In this document: positions 19,903 through 30,200 of the stretch, one piece after another
Numbering within the stretch: position 1 is the first letter of the stretch
Layout of the letters: every line of letters begins with the position of its first letter
Assembly: GCA_018883125.1 (NCBI GenBank)
Contig: VEQR01000001.1
Coordinates: 1,497-65,496, forward strand
Length of the DNA stretch: 64,000 bases
Direction of reading: 5' to 3'
DNA from: Candidatus Kapaibacterium sp.
Lineage (GTDB): Bacteria > Bacteroidota > Ignavibacteria > Kapaibacteriales > Kapaibacteriaceae
The notes under the pieces: generated by a model
What the model was told of the DNA's origin: nothing
The model's database searches: none
What the model saw: only the letters and a program-made list of their open reading frames with translations
Position numbers and translations under genes: made by a program

Positions 19903-20070
19903 TCACGTCATCCCCGCAAAAGCGCGTCATCCCCGCAAAAGCGCGTCATCCCCGCGAAAGCGCGTCATCCCCGCGAAAGCGCGTCATCCCCGCGAAAGCG
20001 CGTCATCCCCGCGAAAGCGGGGATCCATAACGCATGGATTCCCGCTTCCGCGGGAATGACGGAGGGTCCC
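19903..20070. repeat. About 6 tandem copies of the 19-bp unit GCGCGTCATCCCCGCGAAA, ending in two hairpins (CATCCCCGC-GAAA-GCGGGGAT and ATTCCCGC-TTCC-GCGGGAAT)
   Basis: Read directly from the sequence. It lies between the DUF1501 stop and the GT2 start. Confidence 0.9.
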
Positions 20071-20085
20071 TCGTAACTTGCCGTT

Positions 20086-21120
20086 GTGACCACCGACGTT
20101 TCTGTTATCATTCCATGTCGCAACGAGCGCAGCACCATAGAGCAGGTGCTGGCCGATTTGCATGCGCAGACGTTTGCCGGAACGATGGAGGTGATCGTTG
20201 CAGACGGGTGCTCCGATGATGGAACCAGGGATATCCTCGACGCCGCCAGCGCGAGTGAAAAGTTTCGGTATCCGCTCAGAGTAATCACGAACGGCAAGCG
20301 CGTTATTCCATCGGCCTTGAACAAAGCGGTGGAGAGTGCGGATGGACGTGTGATCATTCGTGTTGACGGGCATTCTCATGTTCCGTGTACGTACGTGGAG
20401 GAGATCGTCCAGGCGCTTGCTCAGGGCACAGCCGAAGTTGTCGGCCCACGGGTGCGCTTTGTGCCAGGATCAACGAGCTCCGTTGCCTATGCGATATCGA
20501 CAGTGCAGTCCAGTGTGTTCGGAACAGGGGGCACAGCTTCGCGACGGAATCTCAGCAAGCCCGTGAGAGTAGTCCATGCTGTGATGTCGTGCTACAACCG
20601 CACCGTATGGGAGCGAGTAGGGGGCTATGATGAATCCCTGCTCACCAACGAAGATTTTGACTTCGACTACCGCGCAACACAAGCCGGTGCAACGGTGCTT
20701 GCCCTGCCGTCACCGGAGTTTCAGCTCATGGCACGCTCGACGCTGCGGGGACTTCTTGCTCAGCGGTGGCGCTATGGGTGGTGGAAGGCAGCAGTCATCA
20801 AGAAGCACCCGGGGTCGCTGCACTTGCGTCAGATAATACCTGTTGTGGCGCTTGTGTCATTTGTTGCGCTGGGTGGTGCGTCATTCGCAAGCTCGTCTTA
20901 CGCTGTGGCCCTTGTGGCAACGATCTACGGCTATGCAGGACTCAGCAGTTGTGCTGCACTGTTGGCACTGATGCCGAACGTCCTTACTGAAGAGTCACCC
21001 GACGGAAAGAAGATTCTCGCAACGGTGCTGCTTGCCCCCTTCATCTTTGCCATCATCCATGGCATATGGGCTGCCGGAGTTGTGTCCGGACTTCTCTTTG
21101 GCCGCATCCAACGACGCTAA
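20086..21120 (+). CDS. Family 2 glycosyltransferase with C-terminal membrane helices
   Basis: VSVIIPCRNE...VIVADGCSDDGT is a GT-A DXD-type N-terminus. The C-terminal hydrophobic helices are typical of polyprenyl-phosphate sugar synthase-like GT2 enzymes. Its GTG start follows the repeat array directly. Confidence 0.8.
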   Translation: MTTDVSVIIPCRNERSTIEQVLADLHAQTFAGTMEVIVADGCSDDGTRDILDAASASEKFRYPLRVITNGKRVIPSALNKAVESADGRVIIRVDGHSHVPCTYVEEIVQALAQGTAEVVGPRVRFVPGSTSSVAYAISTVQSSVFGTGGTASRRNLSKPVRVVHAVMSCYNRTVWERVGGYDESLLTNEDFDFDYRATQAGATVLALPSPEFQLMARSTLRGLLAQRWRYGWWKAAVIKKHPGSLHLRQIIPVVALVSFVALGGASFASSSYAVALVATIYGYAGLSSCAALLALMPNVLTEESPDGKKILATVLLAPFIFAIIHGIWAAGVVSGLLFGRIQRR

Positions 21121-21126
21121 CGAATC

Positions 21127-22407
21127 TTAATTCTCTGAAGCACGCCGCTGCTTCGGCTGAAGCGCGGCTGAATCCTGCTGCTCGGAGAGTTCAAGCAGGG
21201 GGCTAGCCCCCCGCTCAACAACGTCGGCCGTGATAACGCACTTGCGCGCGCCGGCAACGTCAGGGATCTTGTACATGATGGGGTTCATCACCTGCTCCAA
21301 TACACCGCGAAGCGCTCGCGCGCCCGTGCGACGCTTCTGTGCTTTGGCGACGATGCATTCGAGTGCTGCCGGTTCGAAGACCAGTTCGACGCCTTCCAGC
21401 AGGAGAAGCTTCTGATACTGCTTCACGAGGGCGTTCTTGGGTCCGGTGAGAATGTCCAGCATTGCCTCGTTCGTTAGCTGGTGCAACGCCGTCACAACCG
21501 GAAGACGTCCGATGAACTCGGGGATGAATCCGAAACGCATCAGATCTTCTGGTTCAACGTGCAGCAACAGGTCCATCGACTCTTCAACTGTTGACGGTGT
21601 TGAGGCTGTGAATCCCATCGTTGTGGGTTTCATTCTCTTTGCGATGATCTTCTCGAGACCTTCGAATGCTCCGCCGCATATGAACAGCACATTGCGCGTG
21701 TTCACATACACCAGCGACTGTTCCGGGTGCTTCCGTCCACCCTTTGGCGGAATACCGGCAACGGTGCCTTCAAGGATCTTCAGCAGGCCCTGCTGCACCC
21801 CTTCACCAGAAACATCACGGGTAATGGAAGCGCTGTCGCTCTTACGAGTCAGCTTGTCGATCTCATCAACGTAGATGATACCGCGCTCAGCGCGTTCTAC
21901 GTTGTAATCAGCATTCTGCAGAAGGTTAACGATGATCGACTCGACGTCGTCGCCAACGTAACCGGCTTCGGTAAGTGTTGTCGCATCCGCGATCGCAAAC
22001 GGCACATCCAGGATGCGAGCCAACGTCTGAGCCAGAAGTGTCTTGCCGGTTCCCGTGGGACCCAGCATCAGGATGTTTGACTTCTCGATCTCCACCTCGT
22101 CAAAGCTGCTGACAAGGTGCTGCGATTGAATGCGCTTGTAGTGGTTGTATACTGAGACCGACAGAACCTCTTTCGCTTCGTTCTGGCCGATCACATGCTC
22201 GTCGAGCTGACGCTTGATCTCCGAGGGTTTGGGTAAGGCCTTTACGTCAGTCCGGAGTTTTGGTGCCGGGGCGTTCTTCTTCAGAATCTCAACCGAGTTC
22301 TGTACACAGACGTCGCAGATGTAGACGCCCTTTCCGGCGATCAGACTCCCGACCTCCTGTGAACTGCGATTGCAGAATGAACAATGCAGAATCTCCGATG
22401 TGCTCAT
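21127..22407 (-). CDS. clpX: ATP-dependent Clp protease ATP-binding subunit ClpX
   Basis: N-terminal C4 zinc finger (CSFCNRSSQEVGSLIAG...YICDVCV), Walker A GPTGTGKT, and the GYVG pore loop. Confidence 0.95.
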   Translation of the reverse strand: MSTSEILHCSFCNRSSQEVGSLIAGKGVYICDVCVQNSVEILKKNAPAPKLRTDVKALPKPSEIKRQLDEHVIGQNEAKEVLSVSVYNHYKRIQSQHLVSSFDEVEIEKSNILMLGPTGTGKTLLAQTLARILDVPFAIADATTLTEAGYVGDDVESIIVNLLQNADYNVERAERGIIYVDEIDKLTRKSDSASITRDVSGEGVQQGLLKILEGTVAGIPPKGGRKHPEQSLVYVNTRNVLFICGGAFEGLEKIIAKRMKPTTMGFTASTPSTVEESMDLLLHVEPEDLMRFGFIPEFIGRLPVVTALHQLTNEAMLDILTGPKNALVKQYQKLLLLEGVELVFEPAALECIVAKAQKRRTGARALRGVLEQVMNPIMYKIPDVAGARKCVITADVVERGASPLLELSEQQDSAALQPKQRRASEN

Positions 22408-22432
22408 AGTCCTCCCCCTAGATGCAGCACGA

Positions 22433-23023
22433 TTATACCGGACGCGTCAGGATCTTGTCAATGAGACCGTAGCCGAGTGCTTCTTCCGGAGACATGTAAT
22501 AGTCCCGGTCGGCATCCTTCTTGATGGTGTCATAATCCTTGCCCGAGTGAGCTCCGATAATACCGTACAGAGTGTCGCGAATGCGGAGCATTTCCTTGGT
22601 GTAGATCTCAATATCGGTTGCCTGACCCTGCGTACCGCCAAGGGGCTGGTGCATCATGATGCGTGAATGGGGCAGAGCATAGCGCTTGCCCTTGGCACCG
22701 GCACAGAGAAGCACCTGAGCCATGGATGCCGCCATACCAACGCAGATCGTTGAAATGTCGGGCTTCACGAACTGCATCGTGTCATAGATCGCTAGGCCAG
22801 CTGACACGCTCCCACCGGGAGAGTTGATGTAGATGGAGATGTCCTTCGTTGGATCTTCGCTCTGCAGAAACAGCAGCTGTGCGATCGTCAAACTAGCCGT
22901 GATGTCATCAATCGGAGATCCGATGAAGATGATCCGTTCCTTGAGCAGTCGTGAATAGATGTCGTAGGCGCGCTCGCCACGACTTGTCTGTTCAACGACC
23001 ATTGGCACGAGTTGATTATGCAT
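22433..23023 (-). CDS. clpP: ATP-dependent Clp protease proteolytic subunit ClpP
   Basis: 196 aa with the active-site regions [20 protein letters not shown] and MIHQPLGG, and the canonical tig-clpP-clpX order. Confidence 0.95.
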   Translation of the reverse strand: MHNQLVPMVVEQTSRGERAYDIYSRLLKERIIFIGSPIDDITASLTIAQLLFLQSEDPTKDISIYINSPGGSVSAGLAIYDTMQFVKPDISTICVGMAASMAQVLLCAGAKGKRYALPHSRIMMHQPLGGTQGQATDIEIYTKEMLRIRDTLYGIIGAHSGKDYDTIKKDADRDYYMSPEEALGYGLIDKILTRPV

Positions 23024-23069
23024 GGCTGCGTCCTATGAATTCAGACTTTTCGTTGGTTTGATTGCCGTA

Positions 23070-24329
23070 TCAGGCCTCAATGTCATCCGCGTTGACGTCG
23101 GTAATGATCGCGTAGTCTATCAGTGTGCGCACGGCCTTTTCGGCCAGAAGCTGATCTTCTACCGACTCATTCTGACGCAGCAGCATCCGGAGCTGGTCGG
23201 CCGGGATGCCGAATCGACTGCCGGCAGCATCAAGGTCCTCGTCCGTCAGCGACATCTGCTCGGCATCGACGATGCGCTCGCGGATGAGTTCCCAGCGAAC
23301 GATCCGCTCGGCAGAGCCGCGGAGCTCGTGCTCAACGTCGTGGGCAGTGAGCTTCTCGATGCCGGGAGCCCCTTCGTTGCGCTTCTTGAAATCATCGAAC
23401 AGGCGATGGATCACTGAATGGACAAGCGGTTCAGGAAGATCAAATTCGTGTGCCTGCACCAGTTGGTCGATCAGCTGGTTTTCTACTGCACGCTGTGTTG
23501 CTTCTTCAAAGTACTCGGTGATCTGGCGCTCTATGTCGGAGCGGAGTTCCTCTGTTGTGTGCATCTGATTCGACGTGATCATCTCCACGAACTCATTCGT
23601 GAATTCGGCTGGGACCACACGCTGAATGTCGTTGACCGTGACGCGGTAGGAAGGGGGCTGAGCATTCTCGTCAGCCGTTTCTCCAACATAGGAGAACGTA
23701 TCGCCAACCTTGCAGTTGGCAAGTGATGAGCGCAGGTGCATATCCACCGAGTCGTCGTCCAAGAACACTCTCGACTCCTTGCCCTCGGCGCCGATGATCG
23801 GCATCGATGTTTCGCGGTCGAGCTCATGCATCGTCATGCTAACGATGTACAACGTTCCGTCAATCTGCTCTGCCGGCTCAAACGTAGCCGCCCGCATACA
23901 GATCCGGTCAACCTCGCGCTGGACGTCTTCCTCGGTAACCTGCTTTACCGGACGGTTCACCGAAAGCCCCCTGTAGGAGCCAAGCTCGAAGTCCGGCATG
24001 ATGTCGTAGCGAATCGTGAACGAAACGCCGTCGGTTGACTTCTGAATGTCCGTCAGTGCCGGGTTGCCAACAACGCGCTGAGACTCCGCGTTGGCGAAGC
24101 TGCGGAACTCCGCGTCTGCGATGGTTTCAAGGGCTTCGTTCTCAATGTCGCGTCCAAACCGCTGCTTGATCATCGCGATCGGCACCTTGCCCTTGCGAAA
24201 GCCCGGAAGCGTGATTCCTGCCTGGGCCTTGACGTATGCTTCTTCGTAATGGGACCTCAGCTCGCTCTGTTGAAGGGAAATGCGGACTTCTCGTGAACAC
24301 CCCTGCAGGGTGGTAATCGTGCGTTCCAA
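23070..24329 (-). CDS. tig: Trigger factor, probably starting at the TTG at 24329
   Basis: (M)ERTITTLQGCSREVRISL...GFRKGKVP is a trigger-factor N-terminal ribosome-binding domain, followed by PPIase and C-terminal domains. The ORF-track Met at 24407 would overlap the tRNA-Leu. Confidence 0.88.
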   Translation of the reverse strand: MERTITTLQGCSREVRISLQQSELRSHYEEAYVKAQAGITLPGFRKGKVPIAMIKQRFGRDIENEALETIADAEFRSFANAESQRVVGNPALTDIQKSTDGVSFTIRYDIMPDFELGSYRGLSVNRPVKQVTEEDVQREVDRICMRAATFEPAEQIDGTLYIVSMTMHELDRETSMPIIGAEGKESRVFLDDDSVDMHLRSSLANCKVGDTFSYVGETADENAQPPSYRVTVNDIQRVVPAEFTNEFVEMITSNQMHTTEELRSDIERQITEYFEEATQRAVENQLIDQLVQAHEFDLPEPLVHSVIHRLFDDFKKRNEGAPGIEKLTAHDVEHELRGSAERIVRWELIRERIVDAEQMSLTDEDLDAAGSRFGIPADQLRMLLRQNESVEDQLLAEKAVRTLIDYAIITDVNADDIEA

Positions 24330-24380
24330 AAGGGACTCCAGTGGGCCATCTCCGGCCCAGAATACATGGTACGTGCTGCG

Positions 24381-24462
24381 TGCGGAAGGAGAGACTCGAA
24401 CTCTCACAGGTTGCCCCGCCAGATCCTAAGTCTGGTGCGTCTGCCAATTTCGCCACTTCCGC
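24381..24462 (-). tRNA. tRNA-Leu (anticodon TAG), with a long variable arm
   Basis: Reverse complement: GCGGAAGTGGCGAAATTGGCAGACGCACCAGACTTAGGATCTGGCGGGGCAACCTGTGAGAGTTCGAGTCTCTCCTTCCGCA. It has a 7-bp acceptor stem, an anticodon loop CTTAGGA, and a long extra arm with a TPsiC arm GTTCGAGTC. Confidence 0.85.
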
Positions 24463-24715
24463 AGAGCCACAAAGATAGTGACGAGAGACGAGAGACAAGA
24501 GACAAGAGACGAGAGACGAGAGACCGTAGGGGCGAGACGAAGTCTCGACCAAGAGACGAGAGACCGTAGGGGCGAGACGAAGTCTCGACCAAGAGACGAG
24601 AGACCGTAGGGGCGAGACGAAGTCTCGACCAAGAGACGAGAGACAAGCCATTGATTTACTAGCCCCGGGCCTTGGCCCGGGGAAAGAGAGACGAGAGACT
24701 ACCTCAATTTCGTGC
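24463..24715. repeat. Composite repeat block made of a GAGACGA/GAGACAA 7-mer microsatellite, three roughly 40-bp units containing CCGTAGGGGCGAGACGAAGTCTCGACC, and the palindrome CCCCGGGCCTTGGCCCGGGG
   Basis: Read directly from the sequence. It lies immediately 5' of tRNA-Leu on the coding strand and downstream of the csaA-like gene. Confidence 0.9.
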
Positions 24716-25034
24716 CGTTGGTAACGGGGGCATCCGGCACGCAGAGGGCCACCGAGCCATCGGGGAGGTGGAAACCGGTGACCAGGACCTCGGACATCCA
24801 CGGGCCGATCTGTTTGGGTGCGAAGCCGCAGACGCACACCACCTGGCGTCCGACGAGGGATTCGGGGGTATAAAGGTCCGTGATCTGGGCGCTTGAGCGG
24901 CGCATCTCGCCCCCTCCGAGATCAATCCAGAGCTTATAGGCCGGCTTGCGGGCTTCCGGGAAGGGCTCTGCGCGCACGATCGTGCCGACGCGAAGGTCGA
25001 GCCGATCGAAATCTTCCATTGACGCGTGTTCCAT
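24699..25034 (-). CDS. tRNA-binding protein (CsaA/EMAP-type OB domain). The start is uncertain (25034 or 25019; the ORF extends to 25280).
   Basis: LDLRVGTIVRAEPFPEARKPAYKLWIDLGGGEMRRSSAQI...VVCVCGFAPKQIGPWMSEVLV matches the CsaA/Myf tRNA-binding domain, which is about 110 aa. Confidence 0.7.
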   Translation of the reverse strand: MEHASMEDFDRLDLRVGTIVRAEPFPEARKPAYKLWIDLGGGEMRRSSAQITDLYTPESLVGRQVVCVCGFAPKQIGPWMSEVLVTGFHLPDGSVALCVPDAPVTNGTKLR

Positions 25035-25052
25035 TTCCGCAATTTGCATCCA

Positions 25053-26360
25053 ATGAAGGCAGTTGTCATCGGAGGGGGCTGGGCAGGAATTGCTGCGGCG
25101 ATGGAGGCGGCCCGGCGTGGCTGGCGGGTCCATCTCGTGGAAGAGCGGCCGTATCTGGGGGGTCGAGCACGCTCGTTTACGGACCGCACCACGGGCGATG
25201 TGATCGACAACGGTCAGCACGTGATGATGGGGTGCTACCACCAACTCCTGCATATCGTGCACGACCTCGGCACAGATCACCTTCTGGAGCGTCAGAAAGC
25301 TCTCCGAGTAGCCTTTGTGGATGAATCCGCTGGTCTGGATGTGCTTGATGCCTCTGTGCTACCAGGCAAGCTCGGGATGCTATTGGGTCTGCTTCGCCTG
25401 CGCAAGCTCCCGCTCTCAGCCCGCATTGCCATTGTTCGCCTTGCACTGAAGGTGCTTCGAACGCCTAATGCCGGAATGGGGCTAACCTGCCACGAATTCT
25501 TTCACCAAGTGCGTCAGCCCGGGGTGGCTGTGCAGCGGTTCTGGGAGCCGCTTGTACTGGCGACATTGAATGCCCCGGTTTCCGATGCCCCTGCAGACCT
25601 GCTCTCTGCGGTGTTGCGCTTGGCGTTCTTTGGGACGACTAACGATGCGAAGCTGCTGATACCAACCGGTGGATTGAGCGACCTTGTTGCCCCCTTTGAA
25701 ACATGGCTTGCCGCACGAGGGGGCACCGTGCGTACGAGCACGAGTGTGGACCGTGTCACCATCGTCGATGGTAGGGCGGCGGGCGTTGTTTTGTCCGACG
25801 GTTCGAACATCGACGTTGACGTGGTCATCAGCGCCGTGCCACAGCGCGCGCTGGCACGGCTTATGCTGGCTTCCGGAATCGTAGCGGACCTTCCGGAAGA
25901 ACCCGAGATGAGCCCGATCGTAAGTGCGTACCTGTGGTATGACCGTCAGTGGATGTCGGTGGATTTTGCTGCAGCAATTGGAACAACCGTTCAATGGGTT
26001 TTCAATAAGCAGCGCACAACAGAAGGACTTGTTGCCCTAACAGTCAGTGCCGCGTCGGATATTGTTCGAGCCCCTTCCGAAGAGATCATTCGATCGTGTG
26101 ATGTCGAACTTCAGCGACTCTTTGCCGGAACTATGGGGAGCGCAGTACTCAAGCATGGCGTGGTCATCAAGGAGAAACTCGCCACGCCCCGTTTCAGCCC
26201 GGCAGCCCATGGATTGCGGCCGACCACCGATGCTCTGCACACCCACGTGCGCAATCTCTTCCTTGCCGGTGACTGGACGCAGACGCAGTTACCTGCTACG
26301 CTCGAGGGGGCGGCCCGATCGGGAGTTGCGGCCATTGCCGCCGCACACCGTGTATCATGA
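25053..26360 (+). CDS. FAD-dependent oxidoreductase of the amine-oxidase/phytoene-desaturase family. HpnE-like squalene-associated desaturase is the best guess.
   Basis: Rossmann N-terminus MKAVVIGGGWAGIAAAMEAARRGWRVHLVEERPYLGGRA followed by DNGQHVMMGCY. The C-terminal part is LFLAGDWT. Confidence 0.6.
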   Translation: MKAVVIGGGWAGIAAAMEAARRGWRVHLVEERPYLGGRARSFTDRTTGDVIDNGQHVMMGCYHQLLHIVHDLGTDHLLERQKALRVAFVDESAGLDVLDASVLPGKLGMLLGLLRLRKLPLSARIAIVRLALKVLRTPNAGMGLTCHEFFHQVRQPGVAVQRFWEPLVLATLNAPVSDAPADLLSAVLRLAFFGTTNDAKLLIPTGGLSDLVAPFETWLAARGGTVRTSTSVDRVTIVDGRAAGVVLSDGSNIDVDVVISAVPQRALARLMLASGIVADLPEEPEMSPIVSAYLWYDRQWMSVDFAAAIGTTVQWVFNKQRTTEGLVALTVSAASDIVRAPSEEIIRSCDVELQRLFAGTMGSAVLKHGVVIKEKLATPRFSPAAHGLRPTTDALHTHVRNLFLAGDWTQTQLPATLEGAARSGVAAIAAAHRVS

Positions 26361-26910
26361 GCAGTGCCCAGAGAATGCCGATGACATATCCTCCGAGAAC
26401 GTCGCTTGGATAGTGCACGCCGCAGTACACGCGTGAAAAGCCGATGAGAACAGCATAACTCCACCACCATGTCCTCAGGCGAGGGAAAAACGCCGAAAGG
26501 ATCATGGCTATGATCGCCGAGTTCATCGCATGGTTGCTGGGAAAGGAACCTCCTCCGGAACCTACCAGCTGGTGAACCTCACTGAGCACCAGATATGGGC
26601 GGGGACGTTGAATGGTCTCTTTCAGTAGTCGGTGACTGAGCTGATCGGCCATTGCTACCGAGAGAACGAGCATCGCGGTACACACGATCAATCGCCTGCC
26701 GTCGGCATCTCGCGCACGATATCCACGAAGCACCATCAACCCCAACGACGCAACAAAAATTGGCAGCCAATATTTTGTTGTTGTAACAATCGGCATCACC
26801 ATATCGAACAGTCCGTTCGAGAGATGTTCATTGATGAGCAAAAACGTTTGAATGTCCCATGAAATAAGGACAGATAGTAGGTCGTGGATCACGTCGAAAA
26901 CTACGGCCAT
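26296..26910 (-). CDS. PAP2-family phosphatase (type 2 phosphatidic acid phosphatase / undecaprenyl-diphosphatase-like)
   Basis: PAP2 motifs KxxxxxxRP (KETIQRPRP), PSNH (SFPSNHAMNS) and SRxxxxxHxxxD (SRVYCGVHYPSD). It has multiple TM helices. It overlaps the hpnE-like 3' end convergently by about 65 nt. Confidence 0.7.
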   Translation of the reverse strand: MAVVFDVIHDLLSVLISWDIQTFLLINEHLSNGLFDMVMPIVTTTKYWLPIFVASLGLMVLRGYRARDADGRRLIVCTAMLVLSVAMADQLSHRLLKETIQRPRPYLVLSEVHQLVGSGGGSFPSNHAMNSAIIAMILSAFFPRLRTWWWSYAVLIGFSRVYCGVHYPSDVLGGYVIGILWALLMIHGVRRQWPQLPIGPPPRA

Positions 26911-27222
26911 TCCACCTCGGAAATTCCTTCCTGAAAGAAGCAATAGCGTGAAAAACTTTTCATGGTGAGATTTCGCTCCGGAATCTTTTCCACAAGAACA
27001 TTGGGCGATTGTCCGAGCGTCGAACGTGGCACTATCTTGCTCCTCGTTGTCCAAAAATAAATTCAACAAATCAATCCTGTTGTCTGCGTGCATGCCACCA
27101 CCAAGCGCGCTGGCCGGGCATCCCCGGTCGAGGAGGAACGTTTGGTGAATTGACGCCATGTTGCACCGTGGCGCATCGGGACTGCGTTACTGATATAGCC
27201 AACCGCATCACGGAGAGATTGC

Positions 27223-30200
27223 ATGAAGATTCCGCGCCGATTTACGACGTCAGGAACAACCCCATACGAGATGTTTCGCTACACGATCAGAGAATCGGTG
27301 CTGCGAAACCAAAGCGGTAAAGAGATATTCCGGATGGACCATGTAGAAGTGCCAGAGGCATGGTCGCAGGTTGCCACCGACATTCTCGCTCAGAAGTATT
27401 TCCGCAAGGCCGGAGTACCGGTGACGGATGATGCCGGTGCACCGGTGCTGAATGAGGATGGAACTCCGAAGACCGGGGCCGAAACGTCGGTTCGTCAGGT
27501 GGTCCATCGGCTGGCAGGTTGCTGGCGGTGGTGGGGCGAGAAGTACGGGTACTTTGATACCGTAGAGGACGCTCAGGCGTTTTACGATGAGATCGCCTAT
27601 ATGCTTCTCAAGCAGATGGCCGCACCGAATTCGCCGCAGTGGTTCAACACCGGTCTCAACTTTGCGTATGGAATCACCGGATCGGCGCAGGGACACCTCT
27701 ATGTTGATCCTGACACCAAGACGCTGACACGTTCAGCCGACGCCTATACGCACCCTCAGCCCCATGCCTGTTTCATCCAGTCCGTCAATGATGATCTGGT
27801 GAACGAAGGCGGCATCTTTGATCTCGCAACTCGCGAAGCACGCATCTTCAAGTACGGTTCCGGTACGGGTTCGAACTTTTCCAATCTCCGTGGCGAGAGC
27901 GAGCGACTTTCCGGAGGGGGCGTCTCCAGCGGACTGATGTCGTTCCTGAAGATTTTTGACCGCGCAGCAGGTGCTATCAAGAGTGGTGGTACAACGCGTC
28001 GTGCCGCGAAGATGGTGATCGTAAATGTCGATCATCCGGACATCGAAAAGTTCATCGAATGGAAGGCAAAGGAAGAGGAAAAGGTTGCGGCACTGGTTGC
28101 CGGATCGAAGATCGCATCGACCTTCCTGCACGCCATCTCTGATGCAGCGCAGCAGGGTGGTACGGATGAGCAGACCAACGAGCGTCTGCGCGTGCTTATT
28201 CAGCGTGCACTCAACCGTGGCGTGCCGTACAACATCATCAAGCGGACGCTGGCGCTGATTGATCAGGGCTTTACGAACATCGACTTTGCGCAGTTCGATA
28301 CGCATTACGAGGGCGAAGCCTACAACACGGTTTCGGGTCAGAACTCAAACAACTCTGTTCGGGTGACGAACGACTTCATGGAAGCAGTCATCACTGACAG
28401 TTCGTGGAACCTGACGTGGCGAACAGACAGCACCAAGCACGTCACCGTGCGGGCACGCGACCTGTGGAACAAGATCAACATGAGCTCGTGGAAGAGCGCC
28501 GACCCAGGTCTGCAGTTCGATACCACGATCAACGAATGGCATACATGTCCGAACGACGGTCGTATCAACGGGTCGAATCCGTGCTCGGAATACATGTTCC
28601 TTGATGACACGGCATGTAACCTGGCCTCGTTAAATCTGGCTCACTTCTATGATGAGCCATCGCAGACCATCAAGATCGACGACTACCGTCATGCCGTGCG
28701 AATCTGGACGTCCGTCCTTGAGATCTCCGTTCTGATGGCCCAATTCCCGTCGGCAGAGGTTGCTCAGAATAGCTACGACTTCCGCACGCTTGGCCTTGGC
28801 TATGCCAACCTTGGTACGGTGCTCATGATGATGGGCATCCCGTATGACTCACCAAAGGCTCTTGCGATCTGCGGCGCACTCTCCTCGATCATGACTGGTG
28901 AGTCCTACGCGGCAAGCGCCGAAATGGCGGCCGATGTGGGCCCCTTCCCGAAATACGACAACAACCGCGACGCGATGCTTCGCGTCATCCGGAATCACAG
29001 GCGTGCAGCATACAACGCAGCAGACAGCGAGTTCGAAGGGCTAACGATTACGCCCATGGGTATCAGCGAGGAACTGTGCCCAGCCGACCTAATGGTGGCA
29101 GCTCGCACTGCATGGGACAAGGCACTTGCTCTTGGGGAAGAGCACGGATATCGCAATGCCCAGGCAACAGTGATCGCCCCAACGGGGACGATCGGCTTGG
29201 TCATGGACTGCGACACCACCGGCATCGAGCCGGACTTTGCGATCGTGAAGTATAAGAAGTTGGCCGGTGGCGGTTACTTCAAGATCGTTAACCAGTCAGT
29301 GCATAAGGCCCTTGCCGCTCTCGGATATTCCGATCAGCAGATCGATGATATCGAGAAGTACTGCAAGGGGCATGGCACGCTGATCGGCTGTCCGCACATC
29401 AACCGCCAGTCGCTCAAGGCCCTGAACTTCACCGATGAGGCCATCGACGCTGTCGAACGTCAGCTCGATAGCACCTTCGATGTACGCTTTGTCTTCAACA
29501 AGTACACACTTGGCGAGGAACTCTGCCAGCAGCTCGGCTTCAGCGCGCAGCAGCTTGACGATATGCAGTTCGATATGCTGACCGAACTGGGCTTCTCCTC
29601 GGAGCAGATATCGGAGGTGAACGACTATATCTGCGGTACGATGATGATAGAAGGGGCTCCTCACATCAAGGATGAGCACCTGCCGATCTTCGACTGCGCC
29701 AATAAGTGCGGCAAGCGCGGCGAACGCTACATCGATTACATGGCCCACGTGCGCATGATGGCCGCAGCGCAGCCGTTTATCAGCGGTGCTATCTCCAAGA
29801 CCATTAACATGCCCGCAGAAGCCTCCGTGGACAACGTTGGCGATGTGCACTTGGCTTCGTGGCGACTGATGCTCAAGGCCATTGCGCTCTACCGCGACGG
29901 ATCGAAGCTTTCTCAGCCCCTTAACGCCAGCAACGACAACTTTGATGAGATGGTGCTGTTGGGCGATCAGGACGATTGGGACGAAACCGTCGATCAGAAG
30001 GCCATCCAGAAGGTCATCGTCGAACGCGTCTACCAGCGCGCCGAGCGCCGTCGTCTGCCGAAGCGCCGTCACGGATACGTCCGTGAGGCAACCGTGGGTG
30101 GACACAAGGTGTACATTCGCACAGGTGATTTCGATGATGGCTCGCTGGGAGAGATATTCATCGACATGTACAAGGAAGGTGCATCCTTTAAGGGGCTTCT

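Noticed and set aside
24142-24837. 231-aa minus-strand ORF spanning the tRNA-Leu and the repeat block
   Set aside because: It runs through a tRNA gene and low-complexity repeats. The region is better explained by tig ending at a TTG start at 24329, the tRNA, and an intergenic repeat.
27000-27222. Cobalamin riboswitch upstream of nrdJ
   Set aside because: I could not find a B12 box or the conserved riboswitch core by eye. It is kept only as a low-interest finding pending a covariance-model scan.
29296-30105. 269-aa minus-strand ORF
   Set aside because: It is antisense to nrdJ and is a GC-rich antisense frame artefact.
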